Below are positions 17,274 to 25,512 of a stretch of 55,364 bases of DNA, piece after piece. Below the pieces are notes generated by a model. That model made no database searches, was not told the origin of the DNA, and was given only the letters and a program-made list of their open reading frames with translations. The stretch is from Parcubacteria group bacterium Athens0714_12 (GTDB lineage Bacteria; Patescibacteriota; Patescibacteriia; UBA2591; VMGY01), in assembly GCA_007378955.1 (NCBI GenBank), contig VMGY01000004.1, positions 1-55,364 of the forward strand, given 5' to 3'. The position numbers and the translations under genes are program-made. Position 1 is the first letter of the stretch; each line of letters begins with the position of its first letter.

Positions 17274-18923
17274 ATGGAAAAAATATTGTTTGTAATTCCG
17301 CCCAATATGGATTATAATAGATTTGTTAATCCTGGTTTTAACGAGCGTGTTACTGTAAAAAAATCTGGAAGATACGGAAGCCCTATTACAGATATGCCTT
17401 TGGGTATAATTTCATTGAGCGCGTATTTAAAAAAGCACGCCGAGGCAGAGATAAAACTGATAGACTTTAATATTCTGCTTAATAAACTGGAAAGCTTCAA
17501 TTATAATTCTTTTGTTTCATTGTATCGTGATTTTCTTACTGCAAATAATTTGCATGGATATGCCCCGGATATTATAGGAATATCTGCACTATTTACAACG
17601 GGATACTATAATATGATTGATATTGCTAATGTGGCGCGGGATTTATTTCCTAAGTCCCTGATTATTGCCGGCGGAGGAGTGCCAACTAACCTATTTAAAA
17701 GAATTTTTACCGAGTGCAAATCATTTGACGCCCTTTGTTTTGGCGAAGGTGAAAAACCTTTGTTAGAGCTTGTAAAGGCAGATGACAAAATGGAACTTTT
17801 AAAAAATCATAAAGCATGGATTACGAAAGAAAAAATTGAATCTCAGGATTCACCTAAATATGACTTTATTCATGATCTTGATGAAATACCGTTTTATGAT
17901 TATAGTATTTTAGATTTAGAAGCTTATAGATTAAGCCCAACTGTAACAAATTATGCTACTTTTAAATCAAACAGTAGTCTTTTCCATTATATGACTTCGA
18001 GAGGATGTCCGTATTGTTGTTGTTTTTGTGCTTCACATACGGTTCATGGCAGGAAGATGCGTTACCATGGCATTAATCGAGTAAAAGAGGATTTTATCCG
18101 CTTAAAGGATGAATTTAAGGCGACGATAATTAATTTTCAAGATGATCATCTTATGGCGGATAAAAAAAGAGTTCATGAGATTATAAATATAGCTAAGGAA
18201 GTAGGGTTGCAACTCTATTTCCAAAATGGTATAACAATGCGTTCCCTTGATAGGAAAATGCTGGAATCCATGAAGAGCGCCGGGGTTACCGATCTTGTAT
18301 TGCCTATTGAATCAGGCAGTAATAGGGTATTGCGTGATATTATGCATAAACCTATTGATTTGTCTATTGTAAAACAGGTAGTTAATGATTGTCGGCAATT
18401 AGGCATAGATACTGATGCCAATATCCTAATAGGACTTCCGGGAGAAACAAAACAGGATATTGAAGATACGCGAGTATTTTTAAAATCATTGGATGCAAAC
18501 TGGTTTAGGATTGTTGTGGCGACACCGCTTGTTGGCAGCGAGATGTTTAAAATTTGTATAGAAAAAAATTATTTAAGCAGTGATGATGTTGTCTGTGATT
18601 TTAAAAAAGCAATTGTTAGTACTGAAGATTTCACAGCAGAATATATAGAACAGACAGCTTATTCGTTAAACATTGAAATTAATTTCGTGGAAAATAGTGA
18701 TTTCAGATTAGGGAATTATAAAAAAGCACTCGAGAGATTCAAAAATACTATTAAAGTAAAAAACGATCACGCATTTGCATACTATTTTGCCGCGAAATGT
18801 TATAAAAAGATAGGGTTAGATAGTGAGTATCAAGTTTATAAACAAAAGTATCAGGAGTTAATAGAAAAATCTGTTTTTTGGCAAAACTATGCAACTCAAT
18901 TTAATATTTTTCCGCTGAGCTGA
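17274..18923 (+). CDS. class B (cobalamin-domain) radical SAM enzyme #2 with TPR-like C-terminus
   Basis: IAGGGVPT ... FGEGEKPLLELV, SRGCPYCCCFC, and a helical C-terminal repeat region (GNYKKALERFKNTIK ... AKCYKKIG). Confidence 0.8.
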   Translation: MEKILFVIPPNMDYNRFVNPGFNERVTVKKSGRYGSPITDMPLGIISLSAYLKKHAEAEIKLIDFNILLNKLESFNYNSFVSLYRDFLTANNLHGYAPDIIGISALFTTGYYNMIDIANVARDLFPKSLIIAGGGVPTNLFKRIFTECKSFDALCFGEGEKPLLELVKADDKMELLKNHKAWITKEKIESQDSPKYDFIHDLDEIPFYDYSILDLEAYRLSPTVTNYATFKSNSSLFHYMTSRGCPYCCCFCASHTVHGRKMRYHGINRVKEDFIRLKDEFKATIINFQDDHLMADKKRVHEIINIAKEVGLQLYFQNGITMRSLDRKMLESMKSAGVTDLVLPIESGSNRVLRDIMHKPIDLSIVKQVVNDCRQLGIDTDANILIGLPGETKQDIEDTRVFLKSLDANWFRIVVATPLVGSEMFKICIEKNYLSSDDVVCDFKKAIVSTEDFTAEYIEQTAYSLNIEINFVENSDFRLGNYKKALERFKNTIKVKNDHAFAYYFAAKCYKKIGLDSEYQVYKQKYQELIEKSVFWQNYATQFNIFPLS

Positions 18924-19068
18924 CTTTTTGGTTGATAGGAAATAGACGATGTAATAGTTATTGTGGGATAAATCGTCTATAATTTAAAAACAGTACAAAT
19001 ATAACACGAAGAAGCAATAGCTGATTTACACATGTATTATCTGGAAAGAAAAAACATTTTAGATGTAG

Positions 19069-20208
19069 ATGCCGTCAAAAAAGATACCTATTTGGGCTAT
19101 ACAAAAAAATTGTATGCGGAAAATTTTAAAAAATAATATGAGAAATAGTATAATCGAGTCGGATTTACATTATATCACTAATGAAAACCTGCCGTGGGAA
19201 ATGTTCAACGGCAAAACTGTTCTGGTTTCCGGCGCGTCAGGGTTTTTGCCGGCATATATGGTTGAGACTTTTCTTTATCTTAATGAGACAAGGCAATCAA
19301 ACATAAAGGTTATCGGTCTAGTTCGAAATATTAAAAAAGCCCGGGAAAGGTTTATTTTTTACAAGGGCAATAAAAACCTGAAATTGATTATTCAAGATGT
19401 ATGCGAAGAGATTAAAATAAATGAAAATATTGACTACATAATACACGCGGCCAGTCTGGCAACGCCCAAGGTTTTTCAGGAAAATCCTGTTGGCGTACTC
19501 TCCCCGAATGTAATAGGAACAGCCAACCTGCTGAAATTAGCCGTAGAAAAAAAAGTTAAGAATTTTTTGTTTTTCAGCACCAGCGGCGTGTATGGTTATG
19601 TAGATCAATCAAGCTACCCGTTAAAAGAAGATTGTTTCGGGTCTTTAAATCCGGCAGATATTGCTTCATGTTATCTTGAGAGTAAAAGAATGGGCGAGAA
19701 TATGTGCATCGCATGGATGCATCAATACGGCGTTCCGGTGAAAATCGTGCGTCCGGCAATAACTTACGGGCCGGGAGTAATGCTCAATGATGGCCGTTCT
19801 TTCGCTGATTTTATTTCCAACATTGTTAACAAGCAGGATGTCGCGCTTTTTAGCGACGGCAAAGCAATCAGAAACTTTTGTTATATAGCAGATGCCACCT
19901 TGGGATTTTTTATTGTTATACTCAAGGGCGAAGTTGGGCAGGCATATAATGTTGCTACTGATTATGAAATCTCTATTATTGACCTGGTGAAAACATTGGT
20001 AGAAAAAGTATTTCCGGAACGCAAGTTAAAGGTGGTGATGAAAGCGGATGATTCAAAAAAATATTTAAGAATGGATTTTCCTCGGACAACCGTTGATATT
20101 ACAAAGCTGAAAGCGCTGGGCTGGAAACTTAATTTTCCCATAGAAGAAGGTTTTAAAAGAACGGTTAAAAGTATAGAAGAAAGCAATAATATACGAAAGG
20201 AGAGTTAA
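19069..20208 (+). CDS. NAD-dependent epimerase/dehydratase (extended SDR)
   Basis: VLVSGASGFLPAY (glycine-rich loop) and YLESK (YXXXK). The true start may be an internal ATG, for example 19138. Confidence 0.7.
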   Translation: MPSKKIPIWAIQKNCMRKILKNNMRNSIIESDLHYITNENLPWEMFNGKTVLVSGASGFLPAYMVETFLYLNETRQSNIKVIGLVRNIKKARERFIFYKGNKNLKLIIQDVCEEIKINENIDYIIHAASLATPKVFQENPVGVLSPNVIGTANLLKLAVEKKVKNFLFFSTSGVYGYVDQSSYPLKEDCFGSLNPADIASCYLESKRMGENMCIAWMHQYGVPVKIVRPAITYGPGVMLNDGRSFADFISNIVNKQDVALFSDGKAIRNFCYIADATLGFFIVILKGEVGQAYNVATDYEISIIDLVKTLVEKVFPERKLKVVMKADDSKKYLRMDFPRTTVDITKLKALGWKLNFPIEEGFKRTVKSIEESNNIRKES

Positions 20209-20213
20209 AAATA

Positions 20214-21176
20214 ATGTTATTAGATAAAAAAAATAGTTACCTCAATGGCGGGATACACGGAGTAGAGGAAAAATACAAATACACGAATGAAATGTTTAAA
20301 ATACATAAACATTTATTTGAATATTCCGAACTGATAAAAAAATCGCCGATTAAAAAGATCGAAATTAACAACGAAGAAGTGGTCTTTACAATCAATAGCG
20401 AAGGTATGGATATACTGATCGCCTGCGATAAAAGGGACGCCAATTCTCTTCCAATGATGTGCCTTAATTTCGCGGCCTATAATGAAAATGAAGAGATGGA
20501 TATGATTTTGAAACTTGTAAGGCCGGGAGACGTTGTATTTGATATTGGAGCAAATATAGGATGGCATACAATAAATATTTTACTTAAACATAAGGGGGTA
20601 GTGGTCTATTCTTTTGAGCCGATAAAATCATCATATCGCTATCTGATAAAAAATCTTAAACTGAATAATTTAGATGCTGATAAAACGTATAATATTGGTT
20701 TATCCGATGAGAATAAAAGAGAAAAATTTTATTTTGATGTTGAATGCGCCATGGCTTCATCAATGTCGAATTTAAGGGAAAGTAAAAATACGGTAATGGA
20801 GGAATGCGAGATAAAAAGATTGGATGATTTTATCTCAACAATGCCGTTGGTGGAAAAACTTGATTTCATTAAATGCGATGTGGAAGGAGCCGAGCTTCTG
20901 GTTTTTAAGGGGGCGATACAGACAATAAAGAAATATAAGCCCATAGTATTTTCCGAGATATTAAGAAAATGGTCCAAAAAATTCGGGTATCATCCAAACG
21001 ATCTTATTGAATTATTTCGAAGCATGGATTATGAATGCTATGTTATTCATGATAAAAAGCTAAAAAAATTCAGCAAAGTAGATGACAAGACGATAGAGAC
21101 GAATTACTTATTTTTTCATAAAGAGAAACATCTGGATATAGCGCGAAGTTTAGAAAATACCGAAACAAAATATTAG
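20214..21176 (+). CDS. FkbM family methyltransferase
   Basis: VFDIGANIGWHT ... FEP ... IKCDVEGAELLVFKG is the typical FkbM signature. Confidence 0.65.
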   Translation: MLLDKKNSYLNGGIHGVEEKYKYTNEMFKIHKHLFEYSELIKKSPIKKIEINNEEVVFTINSEGMDILIACDKRDANSLPMMCLNFAAYNENEEMDMILKLVRPGDVVFDIGANIGWHTINILLKHKGVVVYSFEPIKSSYRYLIKNLKLNNLDADKTYNIGLSDENKREKFYFDVECAMASSMSNLRESKNTVMEECEIKRLDDFISTMPLVEKLDFIKCDVEGAELLVFKGAIQTIKKYKPIVFSEILRKWSKKFGYHPNDLIELFRSMDYECYVIHDKKLKKFSKVDDKTIETNYLFFHKEKHLDIARSLENTETKY

Positions 21177-21238
21177 ACAAAAAGCAATAAATGTAATAAT
21201 ATTTTAACATTCTCATTTATCGGAAAATATAACTATGT

Positions 21239-23176
21239 ATGAAAACAGTCATTTTGTGCGGGGGCAAGGGGACGCGTCTCCGCGAAGAAACAGAATATAA
21301 GCCAAAGCCCTTGGTTTTAATAGGTGATAAGCCTATTTTGTGGCATATTATGAAAATTTATAGCCATTATGGCCATAAAGATTTTATTTTGTGTTTGGGA
21401 TATAAGGGCGAGATGATTAAAGATTATTTTTTGCGCTTGGCGGAAATGTCCAATGATTTTACCTTAAAACGCGATTCAAATGACTTGCATTCTATCCAAC
21501 ATCATCAGAATAATTTAGAGGATTGGAATATCACTTTTGTTGATACCGGGCTGGATAATATGACTGGCAGTAGAGTCGCTCAAATAAAAGAATATATAGG
21601 CGATGATGAAGATTTTTTTCTGACTTACGGCGATGGCGTGGCTAATATTAACATTAATAGTTTATATAATTTTCATAAGCTTAAAGGAAAAATCGCTACT
21701 ACCACAATTGTTAGTCCTATTTCTTATTATGGCGTCGTTGAGGTAGAAGACGGATTAATCAAAAGTTTCCAGGAAAAGCCCAGATTGGAAAGACGAGTAT
21801 CAGGCGGATTTTTTGTTTGCAATAAAAAGATATTTGATTATCTTAATTCCGGCAAAAATTGTATTTTAGAAAACGAAGCATTAAAAGTTTTGGCCGAACA
21901 AAAGCAATTATCCGCTTACGAACATAATGGTTTTTGGTTTGGAATGGATACTTACAAGCATCAGGAAAGATTGAATAAAATATGGGAGACAGGCAGAGCT
22001 CCTTGGAAAATTTGGCAGGACAACAACCAATCCGAACAGAAAAAAGATGATTTAATTTTTAATAAGCAGGATTCAGATTTTAATGGAGATAAGCTTTTAT
22101 CAACCCCCACCCGTTTTGACCTTCCCGATGTTCCTAAAAATTCCAACAGATTTGTTAAAAGAGACGAGCCGCGAAAAAAAGAAATTGGAAATAGTAATCA
22201 ATATTGGCAAAATAAAAATGTTTTTGTCACCGGCTGCACCGGTTTATTGGGTTCATGGATGGTTAAATATTTGGTAGACAGGGGAGCGAGGGTGACGGGG
22301 TTGGTCCGGGATTTTGTTCCTGATTCTAATTTATACAGGAATGATTATTTTTCTAAAATTAACGCGGCCAAGGGCCAGCTTGAAGATATTTATTTTTTGG
22401 AAAGAGTTTTGGGCGAATACGAAATTGACACGGTTTTTCATTTAGGGGCTCAAACAATTGTCGGCATTGCTAATCGTAATCCTGTCTCAACTTTTGAATC
22501 AAATATCAGAGGAAGTTATAATTTATTGGAAGCCTGCCGGCGCAGTCCTTTGATAAAAAGAATAGTCGTTGCTTCCAGCGACAAGGCTTATGGCGACCAA
22601 AAAGATTTGCCTTACGCCGAGACTATGCCGCTTCAGGGCAGGCATCCTTATGATGTTTCAAAGACCTGCGTTGATTTATTGTCGCAAGCGTATTTTAAAA
22701 CTTATAATCTGCCGGTTTGCGTTACTCGTTGCGGCAATTTTTTTGGCGGCGGCGATTTGAATTTTAATCGCATTGTCCCGGATACAATCAGGGCGATATT
22801 GCAAAACAGGGCGCCAATCATCAGAAGCGACGGCACTTTAATCCGCGATTATTTTTATATTGAGGATGCGGTGGAAGCGTATTTATTATTGGCGGAAAAA
22901 ATGGAGCGAATAAATATTTACGGACAGGCGTTTAATTTCAGCAATGAAAATCAAATAACCGTTTTAGAATTGGTAAAAAAAATTATTAATTTAATGGGCG
23001 GCGGTTTGGAACCGAAAATATTAAATCAAGCTCCCAATGAAATAAAACATCAATATTTGTCCGCGCGAAAATCCAGAGAATTGCTTGGCTGGTCGCCGAA
23101 ATATTCATTTGAAGAAGGATTGGAAAAGACGATTGATTGGTACAAGAATTTTTTTGAAAATTACGCGAATAAATAA
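21239..23176 (+). CDS. fused glucose-1-phosphate cytidylyltransferase / CDP-glucose 4,6-dehydratase
   Basis: N-terminal [26 protein letters not shown] ... GRAPWKIW (RfbF-like). After a ~60-aa polar linker comes [13 protein letters not shown] ... YDVSK ... (RfbG-like). It is a single uninterrupted ORF. Confidence 0.8.
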   Translation: MKTVILCGGKGTRLREETEYKPKPLVLIGDKPILWHIMKIYSHYGHKDFILCLGYKGEMIKDYFLRLAEMSNDFTLKRDSNDLHSIQHHQNNLEDWNITFVDTGLDNMTGSRVAQIKEYIGDDEDFFLTYGDGVANININSLYNFHKLKGKIATTTIVSPISYYGVVEVEDGLIKSFQEKPRLERRVSGGFFVCNKKIFDYLNSGKNCILENEALKVLAEQKQLSAYEHNGFWFGMDTYKHQERLNKIWETGRAPWKIWQDNNQSEQKKDDLIFNKQDSDFNGDKLLSTPTRFDLPDVPKNSNRFVKRDEPRKKEIGNSNQYWQNKNVFVTGCTGLLGSWMVKYLVDRGARVTGLVRDFVPDSNLYRNDYFSKINAAKGQLEDIYFLERVLGEYEIDTVFHLGAQTIVGIANRNPVSTFESNIRGSYNLLEACRRSPLIKRIVVASSDKAYGDQKDLPYAETMPLQGRHPYDVSKTCVDLLSQAYFKTYNLPVCVTRCGNFFGGGDLNFNRIVPDTIRAILQNRAPIIRSDGTLIRDYFYIEDAVEAYLLLAEKMERINIYGQAFNFSNENQITVLELVKKIINLMGGGLEPKILNQAPNEIKHQYLSARKSRELLGWSPKYSFEEGLEKTIDWYKNFFENYANK

Positions 23177-23239
23177 TTTATTTTCAAGCGCCGATACGTC
23201 GCCATTTTTTAAAATTTAATTTTTTTTGATAAGAATTAT

Positions 23240-24184
23240 ATGAAAAAATTAATCAGCGTCATTACGCCCTGCTATAATGAGGAACTTAACGTGAAAATTT
23301 GTTACGAAACAGTAAAAAAAATTTTTGAGGAAAAACTTCCCGATTATGATTATGAGCATATTTTTTGCGATAATTCTTCCGCTGACAGCACGGTTCAAAT
23401 TCTGAAAGAAATAGCCGGCGTTGACAAAAGGGTCAAAATTATCGTCAATTCCAGAAACTTCGGCGCTTTCCATTCGGTTTTTAACGGGATTTTAAGCGCC
23501 AAAGGAGACGCTGTTTTGGCAATGCTGGCCGCTGATTTGCAAGACCCGCCGGAAATGATTTTGGATTTCATAAAAAAATGGAAAGAGGGTTATCAGATTA
23601 TTTACGGCGTAAAAGAGAAAAGGCAGGAAAATTTTATTATGTCTTCCATCAGAAAATTTTATTATCGTTTGCTTAATAATCTGGCCAATATCCCTATTCC
23701 GCTTGATGCCAGCGAATTCCAATTTATAGACAAAGTAGTGGTTAATGCTCTAAGAAAGTTTGATGATTATTATCCTTATGTAAGGGGAATGATTGCCAGC
23801 TGCGGCTTTAAATCAACAGGCATAGGATATGTCTGGAAAACCAGAAAAAGGGGTGTTTCCAAAAGCAAATTTTACGATCTGATTGACAATGGATTAAACG
23901 GACTAATTTCTTTCACCAATATTCCTTTGAGGATTTGCATGTTTTTTGGATTTTTTCTTTCAGCAACAAGTATTTTATACGCTTTCTTTCAGTTGATTAT
24001 GACTTTGCTTTGGCGCAATGAATTTGTTCCCTTTGGCATTGCTACGCTCACGGTGGCTTTGTTTTTTTTCGCGGGCATTCAGTTGTTTTTTCTCGGCGTT
24101 TTGGGAGAATATATCGGAGCGATTCATTTTCAGGTGCGAAAAAAGCCATTAGTGATTGAAAAAGAAAGAATAAATTTTGAATAA
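23240..24184 (+). CDS. GT2 polyprenyl-phosphate glycosyltransferase (GtrB/CsbB-like), second copy
   Basis: SVITPCYNEELN, FCDNSSADST, AADLQDPP and two C-terminal TM helices. Confidence 0.8.
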   Translation: MKKLISVITPCYNEELNVKICYETVKKIFEEKLPDYDYEHIFCDNSSADSTVQILKEIAGVDKRVKIIVNSRNFGAFHSVFNGILSAKGDAVLAMLAADLQDPPEMILDFIKKWKEGYQIIYGVKEKRQENFIMSSIRKFYYRLLNNLANIPIPLDASEFQFIDKVVVNALRKFDDYYPYVRGMIASCGFKSTGIGYVWKTRKRGVSKSKFYDLIDNGLNGLISFTNIPLRICMFFGFFLSATSILYAFFQLIMTLLWRNEFVPFGIATLTVALFFFAGIQLFFLGVLGEYIGAIHFQVRKKPLVIEKERINFE

Positions 24185-24189
24185 TAAAA

Positions 24190-25512
24190 ATGAAGGAAAC
24201 CATCAGAAAAAAAATTTTTGACGCCGCCAAAGAATTTTATGAATTTAAAAAAAGCCAAGAATCTTTTATTCCCGAGAAAACATTTGTGCCTGTTTCCGGG
24301 AAAGTATTTGACGAGCGGGAATTAAATAAAATGATTGAGGCGGTTTTGGACGGCTGGTGGACGGAGGGGAGATTTTCCAATGAATTCTCAAATAAATTAG
24401 CCCAAAAAATCGGCGTAAAATTTTGCCTGCCGACCAATTCAGGCTCATCAGCCAATTTATTGGCGATTTCCGCCCTTTGTTCCTATAAGTTAGCTGATAA
24501 AAAATTAAAAGCAGGCGACGAAGTGGTTACTTTGGCGGCCGGTTTTCCTACTACCATCAGCCCGATTGTTATAAATAATTTAATCCCTGTTTTCGTGGAT
24601 TTGGATTTAGGGACATATAATATAAATACAGAAAAATTAGAAAAGGCAGTCAGTGAAAAAACTAAAGCTGTTTTTATCGCCCATACCTTAGGCAATCCAT
24701 TTGACATTGAAAAAATTTTAGCGATTTGCCACAAATACGATTTGTTTTTAATTGAGGATAATTGCGATGCCTTAGGTTCAAAATATAACGATAAATACAC
24801 GGGAAGTTTCGGCCATTTGGCGACTTTAAGTTTTTATCCGGCGCATCATATCACTTCCGGAGAAGGTGGCGCGGTTTTGACAAACGACCCGTTACTGGCA
24901 AAAATTGTCGGGGCTTTAAGGGATTGGGGCAGGGATTGCTCTTGCTCCACTGGTCGCGATAATAGTTGCGGAGAGCGATTTTCCCAGCAGCATGGCAATT
25001 TGCCATTTGGCTATGACCATAAATATGTTTATTCCGAGCTTGGCTATAATTTAAAATGGACGGATATGCAGGCGGCCTTGGCTTTGGCGCAATTGGAAAA
25101 ACTTGATGATTTTATTTCAAGACGGCGGGAAAATTTTAATTATTTATTAGAAAATTTAAAAAAATTTGATAAATATTTTTCTTTTTTCCATCAAGAAGAG
25201 AATAGTCGGCCCTCGTGGTTTGGCTTTATAATAACATTGAAAAAAAATTGCCCTTTCAGCAGGGAGGAAATATTAAAATACTTGAATGAAAATAAAATCG
25301 GCACCAGATTATTATTCGCCGGTAATATTATTAATCAACCCTGTTTCACGAACCAAAAAATTAATTACCGGATTTCAGAAGATTTAAACAATAGCGATTA
25401 TGTGATGAAAAATACCTTTTGGATTGGCTGTTATCCCGGCTTAAATAAAGAAAAATTAGATTATGTAATCGGCAAGATGGGACATTTTTTAGAAAAATAC
25501 AATGGATTATAA
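24190..25512 (+). CDS. rfbH: CDP-6-deoxy-L-threo-D-glycero-4-hexulose 3-dehydrase (E1, RfbH/DdhC-like)
   Basis: DegT/EryC1 fold. YPAHHITSGEGG has His where aminotransferases carry the Schiff-base Lys. The Cys pattern C-X57-C-X1-C-X7-C (NCDALG ... DCSCSTGRDNSC) was counted directly. Confidence 0.8.
   Translation: MKETIRKKIFDAAKEFYEFKKSQESFIPEKTFVPVSGKVFDERELNKMIEAVLDGWWTEGRFSNEFSNKLAQKIGVKFCLPTNSGSSANLLAISALCSYKLADKKLKAGDEVVTLAAGFPTTISPIVINNLIPVFVDLDLGTYNINTEKLEKAVSEKTKAVFIAHTLGNPFDIEKILAICHKYDLFLIEDNCDALGSKYNDKYTGSFGHLATLSFYPAHHITSGEGGAVLTNDPLLAKIVGALRDWGRDCSCSTGRDNSCGERFSQQHGNLPFGYDHKYVYSELGYNLKWTDMQAALALAQLEKLDDFISRRRENFNYLLENLKKFDKYFSFFHQEENSRPSWFGFIITLKKNCPFSREEILKYLNENKIGTRLLFAGNIINQPCFTNQKINYRISEDLNNSDYVMKNTFWIGCYPGLNKEKLDYVIGKMGHFLEKYNGL

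Noticed and set aside
22083-22760. The alternative-frame ORFs 22083-22277 and 22569-22760 inside the rfbF-rfbG fusion, and similar same-strand overlapping ORFs (26304-26498, 36637-36846, 38356-38550, 45065-45247, 49279-49473, 50196-50450).
   Set aside because: They lie out of frame within well-supported longer CDS and have no independent signals.
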